Below are positions 1 to 61,075 of a stretch of DNA of 64,000 bases, in pieces. A program made the translations under genes and the position numbers. Each line of letters opens with the position of its first letter. The first letter of the stretch is position 1. Source of the DNA: Chrysomallon squamiferum (lineage: Eukaryota; Animalia; Mollusca); contig CM022669.1 in NCBI GenBank assembly GCA_012295275.1, positions 14,942,001 through 15,006,000 on the forward strand, read 5' to 3'. The notes under the pieces were generated by a model. That model saw only the letters and a list, made by a program, of their open reading frames with translations. It ran no database searches and was not told the origin of the DNA.

Positions 1-195
1 TGAAGTGGAAGTAATACTGAAAGTCATGATTTGATGATGGTAACAATAACAAAATGAAGGAAAGTGAGAGAACAAGAACACTAAGTGTAGATGTGTTTCA
101 TGGAGTGCTGTAGAAAAATATGGCAATAACTTCAGGTCAAATATTACATGAGCAATAAAGGAACAATACATAATATTAATTATTTTATCAAATAC

Positions 196-1191
196 CAATT
201 TATTTCATCTTCTTTCCCAATATCATACAGTGTTCCTTCCTGACGAAGAGAGTTTAGACTTCCCTTCAAATCCAAACAGACCAGCCTTGGAGTAAAAGTC
301 ACTTCACCCTGACATTTCAAAAGAAAAAAATATTTTAAAATATTTTAATATAAATTATAAAAGAAGTCAGGTAATAGCTAATATTATAAAGCTATGGTTT
401 AAATATGAAAGTTCTACTAACAGAACAAAATAATTTCTGATTAATGCAACAATTCTGCAGAATTCAAATGTTGTTTTACTACAGTTACCTGTAAGGTCTG
501 CCCTTCTCTGAACAAAACATCATGATTTATCTCCTTACTGATATCATCTGACTGACAACCATATATAAATGATGATTCCTGGGGAAACAAAAGCATTAAG
601 CATTAAACATATCAAGAAAACACTACGCTTTTTCCCCGTGTCTGTTTTTACATGTGTATGTACAACAGTACATGTATATTATTATGCCTGTATATTAGTA
701 TGTATCTGCTAAGTTTGATTTCCATTTCTTAAATTATCTTTGTCTGTAATACTAAATATGAAATTAAATAATAACATCATAAATATAAAAAAAGAATACT
801 AATTGTTGAAATTTCATTCTAATAGTCATCATGGTGTGTCAATTTTAATTTTTATTTATTTATTTAATTATTTAATTTATTTAATTATAATAATAATGCT
901 ATATTAATCATTAAGTTCATCGAATTGCTCCATTTAAGTCGTAAGTATTAAAGTAATAAGTATAAAAGTATTGATTTGTCAGTTACCTATCAACACTAAA
1001 ATTAAATCCATTACTATTACTATAGTATTACTATTAGTATTATTAGTATTAGTCATTACAGTGAAGTGATTACTACTTTAGACATAACCAGATAACGCTT
1101 ATTTAGTTATTACCTGTATATTCCATAAGTGGGACCCAACAAAATTTGAATAGTGTCCAATCTGCAAGGTAACTATTTCTTGATACGACAT
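196..1191 (-). CDS. MSTO1: Protein misato homolog 1, first three coding exons (gene continues beyond left edge)
   Basis: Exons 1191-1114, 578-489 and 308-196, all with GT-AG boundaries, translate to MSYQEIVTLQIGHYSNFVGSHLWNIQ/ESSFIYGCQSDDISKEINHDVLFREGQTLQ/GEVTFTPRLVCLDLKGSLNSLRQEGTLY. This matches the misato tubulin-like N-terminus (EvlTLQlGh..fVG.HwWN; TyTPRL..DLKGSL). Confidence 0.95.
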
Positions 1192-1442
1192 TGTAGAATT
1201 AATGTCTTTGGAAATTGACACTGTTGCTTAAAGAATAAAATCATAATATCATGGAACACGATTATCATTCAAAATCTCCATTGATATCCATTAGTTTATT
1301 TCGCTAAATAGACTTTCTGTTAATAAAAATATTAACGTGCTTTTACCAGTCGGTCCACTAGCCAATCACGTTTTACGTTACAAATATTGCCAACAGAGCT
1401 AAAACGAAAATACACAGTTTGTCACTCGTCCAAGTTGTCGAT
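1192..1442. promoter_or_regulatory. Shared bidirectional promoter / 5'UTR region between MSTO1 and PTS
   Basis: Only 251 bp separate the divergent ATGs (1191 on -, 1443 on +). The interval has a CCAAT box in AGCCAATCACG at about 1360-1370 and more CpG than the flanking introns. Confidence 0.7.
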
Positions 1443-1632
1443 ATGTCCAGGCCGGTTGTGTATGTTAGCAGAACGGAAACTTTTAGTGCTTGTCATCGAC
1501 TACACAGGTGTTCTTCTGTTTATAAAACTGTCATCCATCTTACTGATATGGATTGGCAGAAATGATTTTTAATTTTTTTAATTTTTTTTTCAATCTAAAA
1601 ATTGTGAAGATCTTTTTGTTGGTGTGCGTGTG

Positions 1633-1679
<47 letters not shown>

Positions 1680-3941
1680 AATACATTATATATATATATT
1701 TTTATCTAAATGGGGAATATCTGTTGGTATATATACCAAGAAAACAGTTGTTTCTTGAATTTGTTTCTTGTATATATTAAAGTTTACTGTTATTAACATT
1801 AATCTGAAACATACTACAATATTAGCAAAAAAACAATAATTATAATTTTTTCAAAAATATCTCTTGCATCTAACGAAAAAACTTTATTTATTTATATTTT
1901 TCTCCAGTCCAAATTTGTCTGATGAAGAAAACCTGAAAATCTTTGGAAAATGTAATAATCCTAATGGCCATGGACATAACTACAAAGGTATTTTGATTAT
2001 TTTCTTACAGAAGAAACAGTTACATATTAGAATATAATGATTAATTTATTAATTTAATTTGCACTGAATTTTGTTTCACAAAACACAAATACTATTTCTT
2101 TACTCTGTTATTTCCAGTAAATATAAATTTATTTTCAACAATTAATGTGGAAGAGAGAGAGAGTTGTAGATCTGTGCTTTTCTGTCAGTAACAAATGCAT
2201 CTAAAATAAAATAAAATATATATAAATATACTTTGCTGCTAATCAGTTAAATGAATCATTATAGCTAAAAGACCCCTTGCTGCTGACTAGTCAGATCATC
2301 TCAGAAGCAGTTTTCATTTCTCTTTCATTATTATTCTCAAATCATAAGATAAAATTTGTAAAAACAAAAGTGTTGATATAATAATGTGTGGAGATATAGA
2401 AAACTGTTAATTAATTCATTTGACAGGTGTATTTTATATTTTATTTAAATAACCACTGAATACTTTTAATGAACTAGTTTTCTTTATTTTTTTTTCAGTT
2501 GAAGTTATTCTCAGAGGTCCTGTAAGTTTGTTTGATTATTATTATTATTATCAATTTTTTTTATTATTATTGTTTTTTTAATTATTACTTCTTTTTGTCT
2601 TATTATTTTATTTCATTGTTTTAAATATCATTCACTTTTTTTTATACATGTTCTATAAAACTATTATAATGATAATTAAATCAGTTAAAAAATTAACTAA
2701 ACTGCTGTTCATTTTCTAATTCAACCAGTGCTCAGTTTTCAGATAAAAATCATTAAGGTTTTAATGGTTAATTAGTTATTCAGTTTATTTATGCCAGTGG
2801 ATATCATTTGATAGTGGAAGGAGAATGGGAAAGAGAACATATTTGCTAAACTTTTTGACAGCTATCAATATGGTATCCTCATTGTTTTAAACAATACTTA
2901 TCATTAACAGATATGAATAAAATCCTGAAGTGTTTTGCATTAGTTGTTAATTTCTGTCCACTAATTTAATTGTCAGGTTGACCCAGATACTGGAATGGTA
3001 ATAAATTTGGTGGATTTGAAGAAATACATTGAGGTAACTATATCAGGAATGTAGTTTCAACTTTTATTTAAAAATAATGTTTATATGTGCACTATGAAAA
3101 TCCAGTTTTCTTTTGAGACTGTTACATATGGGTATGTTCAGGTGACCAGAATATTAACTTCTCTGTACGGTGTGGTTCTGTTTTCCTATTCCGGCCTGTA
3201 CCCTCTTTATCAATGGTAAATGCTTCCCACATTGTGGGAAGATCTATATTTGTGTGTAAGAATATTTCATGGAGTGACAGAGCAGGTTTATTTCTTTTTG
3301 TTATACAAAATAATAACAGTCAAAGAAACAAAAAGCCGTATTATTTACTATTATTTTTGACGATGATTTATTCTTGTAAATATTTGTGCAACTGTGTTGA
3401 TCTGTCATTATGCAATTTATTGTTATTCAAAATTTATTTAATTTAAATAATGTTTCATATGATTTTTATTATTTTATTTCAAGGAAGCTGTTATGAGCAT
3501 TATGGACCATAAAAACATTGACAAAGATGTTCCACATTTTAAAGATCACACCAGGTGTGTATGGTTAATTTTTTTAATTAAATGCATTGCTTAAATGGTA
3601 GCCATTTTCTTTTTAATAATTAGAATTTAATCTAAATTCTTGACTTTGACTGGGTTTTTTTAATTATTAATATATTAAATTTAAGGTAACACATATATAT
3701 ATATACATATGATTTTATTTTGTTTTTATTTAATTAATTATTTTATCTATTTTATTTTATTTTATTTTATTTTATTTTTTATTTTATTATATTTTATATT
3801 TTAATCAGCACTGCAGAAAACATTGTGGTATTTATCTGGAAGAGCATAGAAATGAAAGTTCCGAAAGGATATCTGTATGAAATCAAACTACACGAAACTG
3901 ATAAAAATGTTGCTTTTTATCGCGGAGAAGTCAGTAGTTGA
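1443..3941 (+). CDS. PTS: 6-pyruvoyl tetrahydropterin synthase, 6 exons, 142 aa
   Basis: Exons 1443-1507, 1908-1987, 2499-2521, 2977-3033, 3484-3554 and 3809-3941 (GT-AG, phases consistent). Translation: [109 protein letters not shown]...[18 protein letters not shown]. It contains the [15 protein letters not shown] and STAEN motifs. Confidence 0.97.
1638..1677. repeat. (GT)n microsatellite
   Basis: Perfect TG run in PTS intron 1. Confidence 0.9.
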
Positions 3942-5827
3942 AATACTACATCAGTAATGACTGCCAAGTGATGAAAGTATTCTCAGTGATAACAGCAAAC
4001 ACCCTGAATACATTTCATTCACTAAACTTCCAAATTATTATTTATTACCAAATCTTTGATAATCATACAAATAATCATTTCAAATAATTTCAAAAATAAG
4101 CTCATGCGGTTGTATGGAACTGACAGTTTCCATTTTATAATAATATCTTTTGATAAAATTATTTTATTGTATATTTTATTATTTCCAAAAAGTGGTCACC
4201 ATTATTATAAAAATATATATATATATATTGGGAGTATATGAAAATGTTCTCTGGCTGTTTGGACATAGTTTTGAAGATACATTTTAAATCTTTCTTCATC
4301 TTGATGTAACTAATTCACATTCATTACAATAACTGATACAAATTATTCCAGAATTATTATATGGTCACATTTTGTGTGTCTTTATTACATTCCATTTGGC
4401 ATGTTTTGGTATGAAGTATATTTTATACAGATTTTTTAAAGTTTTCAACCAGATAAGAGTGGTATGATATGATGCTTGCAAATTTTAAATGGCCTTTCTT
4501 TAATCTGAAAATTTATTTGATTATCCATAAATGTTTTTGTTTAGAATATAAATATGTAGAGTTAATTATATTAAAATAAATTTTTATAGTAAAATTAATA
4601 CATTTTGAAATTTGTTTTTAGTCTCCTGAAATCGTGTGCATACATTCAAGTAATATTTAATTTAGGGTATTGGTGCAATAAACAGATTTATTTGTTGAGA
4701 TAATGTGTTCTTTCATTTTTTAACTTATTTTCAGTCATTTAATATTAATGGTTCAAAATTAACAAAAAAATGGTATTTTTTTTTTCCAAAGGCAAAAAGG
4801 AAAAAATGTTTTTATTTAAATTATGTAATCCAAGACTTTTAAAATTATAGTTATATGATATTTTATAAATTCCTGGTAAGGAAACAGAAATATGATCAAA
4901 AGTGAAATCCTTTTCGATTAGAAATAAGAATCTTTTAGGGTTTATATTCATCTTTCCATTATCCTGACAGCATACACACTGTGGTTAAATAATTTCTGTT
5001 GGGCATCTCATGCAAAATTCTGTGATGCACCTACCATATTCTTTAATTCTTAATAATAAAAAAACCAAACAACATTAGCCATATTGTAGTTTTCAAAGAA
5101 TGTTTATTTTCAAGAACAACAAAAATAAAAATGAATGAAAAAGAATAACAAACTGAATAAACAGTTTATTTAAATAATAAATATATTATTTTTTAAAAAT
5201 AATGCCCAATTGTAGAATACACAACACACTGCATAACTTACATTTGCTACCCTGATGTGTTTTGTGAAGTTATTTCTACCCTGAAAAAAATGTGCATTGT
5301 TTGTTGTGCAAAATGTATTTGACATACACTGATAAACTTTATACAGTCACATACACTTAGGAGGCAAAATTCTGTATTTGCTGTAAGTGTTAATCTTTAA
5401 AAAAAAAAAAAAAAAAAAAAACATTTGTTTTTAATGTGCATCAAACTAATAAGAACAAACTATATCAAAATGGTCGAAGATTATATTATAAAGTAAAATG
5501 ATTTATATGTGATGATGTAATAGCTTACTTAGAATATTATAATATATAAAATTACAACAATAATTATATAAAATAAAAAAACGATTATGCATTTTCAGTA
5601 TAAATAAGTAGAAAAAATGCCTGAAACATTTGCTGTAATTTGTATTACACCAAAAGCTGCATTCTGCATTGTTTTTTAATGACAACCTGTTCTTCCATGA
5701 GACATTTTTATTATCATTTTTTTAAATATACAAATCAGCATCTTTCACAAGCATCTTTCTGAAACATGTAAATTCATGTTTGTTAGTTACATGTATAACA
5801 GCAGCATTTTTCATGAGGACAATATAG

Positions 5828-6080
5828 TGATCATCCCTGAGATATTTAAATTCAGACCATCATCATCCCTGAGTCATTAAAATTCAGACTATCATCCCTG
5901 AGTCATTTAAATATCATCATCCTGAGTCATTGAAATTCAGACTATCATTATCCCTGAGTCATTTGAATTCAGATGATCATCTAAATTTGGAAATCATCAT
6001 AAATTCATAAACTTGACACCATTTAAATCCACAGCAATCTTAATCCCTGAGTGTTATCAATTCATAAACTATCATCTTCC
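5828..6080. repeat. Degenerate minisatellite, unit about 30 bp (ATCATCCCTGAGTCATTTAAATTCAGACT)
   Basis: The catccctgag...aattcaga core recurs about 6-8 times. Confidence 0.75.
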
Positions 6081-6675
6081 CTCATCAAGGGATATTTTAA
6101 TTTTTCTAATGACAGGACAACTCTGCACATTGTAATATCACACACTATTTTTATTACTTATCTATGAAAATGCAGAAGTCATTTAATCTCAAGTTGTATG
6201 CCCTGACATTACAAATTGTTCAATTTATCAGAATTCAATAATAAAAAAAACAAAACAACAACAACCAAAAAACCAAACAAAACATCTAGGTTATATTACT
6301 AATAATAAAAATTAAAATGTGCAAAAATGTGTATATAAAATGCTGTTTTATAAATAATGTTATATAAATAATGCTGACCTAAAAAGCATTCCTTAATGTT
6401 AATGTTATTTATGACTTCATGAGACGGGTTACAAGTGTGACTAATATATAATATTTACCATTTAACGCTTATGTTTTGATGGCAATGACAAAGATATCTC
6501 AAATAGAAAACTTAAAATATTTCTGGTAAAGGGATCCAAATATTTTTTTAAATTTTTTTTTAGAAAAAAAAGTTGTACTGGTCATGGTGTTTTACTGCAT
6601 CTCAAGTCAAGTCTTAGGTCAAATCACATAATTTGTTTTTCTCATAATGTATTGTTAACAGTGTGTTGTTCAAAA

Positions 6676-6706
<31 letters not shown>

Positions 6707-6780
6707 GTCAGCTAAGATGTACTTAAATAATTACTGAAATGAAGGATGAACAAAATTTCTAAAAAAATAAATAAAAGTAA

Positions 6781-6830
<50 letters not shown>

Positions 6831-6843
6831 TGATAACAATAAC

Positions 6844-6896
<53 letters not shown>
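6676..6896. repeat. (GAT)n and (AAT)n microsatellites
   Basis: Directly visible; these produce the poly-Ile ORFs in the track. Confidence 0.9.
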
Positions 6897-6898
<2 letters not shown>

Positions 6899-7389
6899 CT
6901 ACATGTACTTAGAAAACATATTTGTTTTTTTAATACATACATAAATAAAATAATAAATATCTGAATATGTTAATAAGGTAAAGTCATAGAATACTATACG
7001 TGATATGTATATTTGAATGCCCTGCTATTTGCTTATAACATGTTTATATATATATATATTGAACAAGAATAATAAACACTGAAATACAGTTATTATATGG
7101 ACGGTTTTATCAATCACAGTGCAGTATATCAATTATTTCACAAACTAGTAAAGGTTTTGTTAGTAAAATAAAATCATATCACAGTCATTAAGAGATGCAT
7201 AATTTCAACAAAATATACAACCATGGGAAAATTATCACTGGTCACAGAGGTGTGTATGTGTGTGTATATAAATAAATAAATAAATATATATATATATATA
7301 AATATAAATAATAAACTGATTTTCATGGACTATTTTAGTAAACATATTTAATAGTAGTTAAGAATTTGTTCTTGAAGTTGTTAATACTA

Positions 7390-7832
7390 CAGCTACTGGA
7401 TACTGTGAGCTACATTCTTATTCATAAACCTGTTACTGGATATTACAAAAAACTTTATACTGCAAGCTATATTCTTATTCATAAACTTTCTACTGGACAT
7501 TACAAAAAACATTATTTTGCACTGGATCATACAATATAGACTCTTATTCATAAGCCTTCTCCTATTTATTAAAACAAAATCTCATTATTCTGTTACTGGA
7601 TATTAATAAATCTCATTATTCTGTTACTGGATATTGCAAGCAAAAGTCTTATTCATAAACCTTCTACTGCATATTAAAAGAAATCATTATTCTGTTACTG
7701 GATATTAACAAATCTCATTATTCTGTTACTCGATATTAACAAAACTCATTATTCTGTTAGTGGATATTACCAATGAAAAATCAGTGTTCTATTACTGTCT
7801 GTTACAAAAAAAATAAATAAATCACTTGTCTG

Positions 7833-7850
<18 letters not shown>
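7390..7850. repeat. Minisatellite (unit about 35 bp, TTATTCTGTTACTGGATATT...) homologous to the stop-codon region of the ROCO gene
   Basis: The core tgttactggatatt(g/a)ca recurs many times; the last unit is the actual coding end tgttactggagactgcaagc (7831-7850). Confidence 0.75.
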
Positions 7851-55350
<47,500 letters not shown>

Positions 55351-57647
55351 TGTTTGTATTTGCAAATAATCTGATTAACTCAGGTTATGTTAAAAAAGAA
55401 GAAAAAAAAGTCTCCTTATATGTAACTGAAAAATAAATATAATAATTAAAAATTAATTCTAAAAATTAAAACATAAAATGTCTGGCAATAAACACTATTA
55501 AATATATAGACGTTTCAAGATTACAAATGTGAAAATATTGAATACATATTCATAAAGCTTTATATTTAATGTTATAACTAATATAAATTCAATTATACTT
55601 AGCTTGTTCATAAAGCTCAGTCATTTATAACTCTAAAATGTTTAATACAAATGCACCAGTAACAATATCATTGTTATTTTTAGCTCAAGCAATATAAACT
55701 AATTTCTTGTCTGTAACCAAGACTACAACTATTTTTACACCTAAAATCCAAAAAGTATATTAATTTGGGGATAATTTCGATCATGTTGGTCAATTTTTCT
55801 CAGTATGTAAGGTAACAAATTCAAGAAGAAAAAAAAAGATAACAAAAATACAATTTACCTTTCATAGCATTTTATTCAGGATAAAAAAAAAGTTTAAGAT
55901 GTGGATTTAAAAAATATACATATTTTTGTTATATATATATATATATATAAAAGACAAATATTTTTTTTATATATAGTCTAGAAATATATCGTATCAGCCC
56001 AAATAGGTTCATAATTAAGGTTGTCCATTTTTATTTTTTTTAAATGTAAGGAAATATTTCTTTACTTTTACTTAGCATGTAACATAGCCAGCTCCTACTT
56101 TCTTTTAAAGTAAAGATATTTGTGCAAATTTCATTGAACAATAATATTTAGTTATGGGTTATTGTGTTTGGTGTTTTTGAGAGAGGTTTTAGGTGGGGTT
56201 TTGTTGTTGTTTTATCTAAATGTAATGAACTGTAGAGCCAAAAACTTAAGACTGTTCATAAAACAAAATGATGGTCTGTCAGGCTATATGCATATTCACA
56301 AAGATTAAAAAAAAATGTCATAATCTTGTAGTTTAGGTCTACGTGGTTAATGGTGTTATTCCATTCAGCAGAGGTTATGTTTATTCTGCTGCTAGTGTAA
56401 TTCAGAAAATCAAATAAATATTTCCAGACTTACTCATTGTGATATGGCTTCATCGTTTTAATAATGTCATTAGAATATTTGAAAATTTGGAATTATTTGA
56501 ATGATGAGAACCTATTAAATATCTCTTGATCTATTTTTTTTTTCTTTCTTTCTTTTCTTTTTAGTAGATGGTGTGAAGAAAAAAATTGGTTGATTTGATA
56601 TTTTACAAGCAGACGTGTGCTCAAATAGTGTTACATTTACACTGCAGCAGAACAACAAATCAAACCCCTGCTGACATGTTGCAGACCAAAAACTGCAAAA
56701 GACAAATCACGTCAAAAGATGCCTTGAAATCCAATCCATTTCAGTCTCATAAAATATCTGTCATGTGGCAACACATTCAATGTAAGGATTCACAGCATGC
56801 AACTATATATTTTCAGACGTAATGTTAACATGCATGTAGATAAATTTATATCACTTACTGAGTTAATGAACTCAATTGAAAAATCCTAAGTAAGGCCTCA
56901 TTAACATTTCTTTAACGTTTCTGTTGGTAATGTTTTTACATTTTAGGAATGCATATTAATAATGAATATACATATCATTTTAGATGTGCATAAATTATAT
57001 TAATTATTTTCATACACTCTTTACAGGCTGTCAACGAATAATATACACTAACTAAATGTTTGTATGATCGTAGCCAAGCAAATCTGTTTACTGTTTGCCA
57101 AAAATTAGTCTTACAGGAAGTAGATATTTTTTGAATGTTGTAATAGAATTATTAATCATAATTTTTTCAAAGTAATATTAATTTAATCCTATCAAAAAAA
57201 CAGTAGTTTGAAATAACATTATATATATATATATAAAATTCTCATGACAGAAATTGTTTTGTAAAAAGGCTTGGAAATGTCAAAGAGGCCCAAATTAGGT
57301 TATAAATTAATCCTTGTCGATATCTATCGAAATATAAGTATAATATTAATATAATATAAGTTAAAATATTAGAAACAAGCCAGATTATTCAGTCAAATTC
57401 CAAATAGAAATTTAATACACACAGTTTTATTTTATTTCTTTTTTTTATTAATAAAAATTAAAAAACCATTTAGATTATTTTTCATGAGTCTTTTCAAATA
57501 TTTATGTAACGTTCGATGCAGAATGATGGAAATCACCATCATCTATGTTAACGTTTTTCAGATTTCTTTATAAATTCATTCCACTTCATAATCATTCAGC
57601 ATAATGGTGAATAAGCTGATAAACAATGAATTGAATTCTGTTTATTT

Positions 57648-57654
57648 ATTTATT

Positions 57655-57744
<90 letters not shown>

Positions 57745-57745
57745 T
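57648..57745. repeat. (ATTT)n/(ATT)n microsatellite
   Basis: Directly visible. Confidence 0.9.
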
Positions 57746-57992
57746 TCAGTAGCTCAGATATTATTACAACAATTAGAAATAATTTTATCAGCAGTACAAA
57801 CTAATTCTAGATACTTCATTATTTGATACTGTATTTAGACGCACATACAAACCTAATTCTATGAAACAGTTTGAAATCTATAACTGTAATTTGGTGATGA
57901 TACATGATGGATTGAAGAATTAATTCTACTTAGCATGTGCGTTGGGCTTTTTCTTTTTACAACCATATTTCACACACACACACGCACGCACG

Positions 57993-58024
<32 letters not shown>

Positions 58025-58107
58025 GAAACAAAGAAAAGAAAAAACAACCCAGAAACTCTTGGTTGTAATTTACAGTTTGGGAAGATGTATACATTTTTTT
58101 TTATAAA

Positions 58108-58138
<31 letters not shown>

Positions 58139-61075
58139 TAACAAATTAATAATATATTTTTTTCTTCATGGATTTATGGAGTGGTGGTAGATCCTTCATT
58201 AATGTCATCATCCTGTTAAAAAGGAAAATAGAATTTTAGTTTTAATAACCAATTACAAAATGTATTAAGTATTATTAAGCAAAAACGTTCAATATGTAAG
58301 ATAGAGTAATTAATCTGAAATACTGTAACTACAGTAAATATGATATGTAAAGAATTATGTAGATTTCCATAACACAAAACAATTCTCTGCTTCTCTATGA
58401 CATTTGGCATCCATTTGCAAAAGCCACTTCCCCAAAAAAAAAAAAAAAAAAAAATAAATAAATAAATAAATAAATAAATAACCTATAACATACCTATTTG
58501 TAATTGTTATCTTCTGAGGGCTGAATAAGTTAACATTAGTAACATCAATAATAAATTTAAAAAGAAAAATAATAAATTAAAATAATAAATAAATAAAAAT
58601 ACATTGTGCAGTGTTAGTCAAGGATGTCAGCTGATTTTGATCAAAATGTGTAACAGCTTGGTTACATTTCCATAAGCATTAATTTCCCATAATGCACTGA
58701 AGATAATAAACACATCGTAACAGCTTAATGGCTATGGCACAAGTATGGGATCATTCATCTGGTTTCCAGAAAAGCAGAAATTAACAGAAAACCTGCTTTT
58801 GAGGTTTCATTTGTTAAATACAGTTTCAGTCTTTATTTTTCATTGTTTATTTTACATAAGAAACAGTAGTCTGAAAAACCAGAAAATCCAGAAATCGGAT
58901 TCATCTGAGATCCCAGAGTTGCTGCACTGTAACATCTGACAACTGTATTGTTTTGGGTTACTAAACCTTTGATTCCCTTCAACTCCAGCATCACAGACAT
59001 GAAACGGTAAATAATTCTGATTTACTGAGTGATACACAACAGAAACTGTAAATTAATTATTATTACTGCTTCTTGAAAATGCCACTTCCCACAGTGTGAA
59101 TAAGTGCTTTTAATCATGCACTAAGTCAGAGTGGAATACTAAAATAAAATAAAAAAAGGGCAAGAAAGAGCATCAGTTGTCTCTGTATATGAGTTAGTCA
59201 GTTTGAAACAGAGATTCTTAGTTTAATAAATTTACTGAAAATAATTGTAAATTAAAAACAGACAAAGTAAAAAATTTCAGACAAAATTTAATCTTTTAAA
59301 GTGATACAAACAAACGGCTAAATACATTTTGCACATTTTTCAAGTAATTCTGTTCCATTTTAAATGTTTTTCTTAATGTGAGTGTATATATTAACATTTG
59401 AATAACAAACACAATTATTTCCATGTAATGCAGACTCTTCTGTAACAATAATAAATTTTTAAAATAATGAATTTAAAATATTTTGTGCCAACATTAACAG
59501 TAATGAAAAAACCCCTTTAAAACAGAAGGGGGTAATGAATATATAAATAAAAACTATTTTTAAGAAATGAACAACATTTACAAGCATTATTTTTTTTACA
59601 AAACATTTTCAGTATCCATTATAATGAATAAACAAAAATGTATTAAGTCACAAACAGTGGTATGATTTTTAAAAAGATCATTCAATACAAAATAAATGTA
59701 CATAATGTAAGTAAGAGAAACAGTCAAATTCTCTTTAAGTTGAGCAATGAAAATATATTTAACATAACAAAATATGAAAATCTCAAACAATAATATATAT
59801 TCAATAATTTACACTAATTGAAATTAAAACACATATATATATTTTTTTGTATATTTCAGAACTTAAAATTTTAAGTCTATAAATGCCATAGATTCTTTAT
59901 CTTAAGTTTATTTCTTAATGAAATATCCATACATTTGTGTGTGTGTGTGTGTGTGTGTGTGTGATAAAACATTTTATTTTTTGTCTTTATATTTATTTGA
60001 AATGCTGCAAAATAAATTAAAAAATATTGTTTTTGATGTCGGAATGTTAATCACATTTCTAATGCCTGGTAAATCTTTAGTTTTTTTAAAACTGTACAAC
60101 TGAATAAATGGAAAACTATTTAAAAAACGAACAATACTGCCCTTTAATAGAATGTGCAGTGGAGAAAAACTATGTCTGAAATAAATATTTTGCCATGCTC
60201 ACTTTATGATTTTATGATTATTTTAATTATTAAGATTATTATTCTATTTTATTTATTTATTTATTTATTTATTATTTTGTTTAACTACTTTCCATACTGG
60301 ATAAACATTTTTGGTATATTTGACAAATAGAAGAATGTTTCATATATTTTAAATCAACATTTTCTTCTGGTTAACCTATTAAAACATACTACCTACTACA
60401 CCCAATGAAAAATGTAATTCAGAAATTTTTTATTTATTAAAAGCAAATGCCTAACAAAAAAAATTAATGAATTGTAAAATATAATGGTTATATGAACACT
60501 TCAAAAACATTGAAAAACATCTTTAAGACAACCAACATCTAGATTATAAAAAATAAAAATAAAAAAAGGAAAAAATTATCTATTATTCAAAACTGAGATC
60601 AGTGATACTAGAAAATAAAATAACTGTTATTCCACCCAAATGTCATAAAACCTATTGCTGTGCATTCTTGATAGCCCACATGGTTCATAAGAACATTATT
60701 TTATGTACATGCAAAAAAATATATTACAATGAAACATAACGAAAACACCCCAAATAAACTATGACATTAAAGGCCATTTTTAAGTAGACATGTATTTAAA
60801 AACAGAATTTCAATATTATTTGTTGCATAGGTTCAACGAACTACAATTCAAAATCAAACTAATTTAGAAAATGGGACATGAAACATCCCAAAACAAGCAA
60901 CAAAAAACGTCTTTCTAGTCACCCTGTTTGCCATTACTGTGTAATTTTTTTAAAAGAAAAACTCTCACTTTTGATTGATTTATCACAATGAAACAGTAAC
61001 ATGTGATTGCCATGAGTTTTGCTATTGCAATAAGACAGATGTGTGTATAGACATGAACACATATATATATATTGC

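Noticed and set aside
56328-56400. tRNA-like sequence (gtagtttagg...gtggttaa)
   Set aside because: No cloverleaf or intact B-box can be formed; at most a decayed SINE head.
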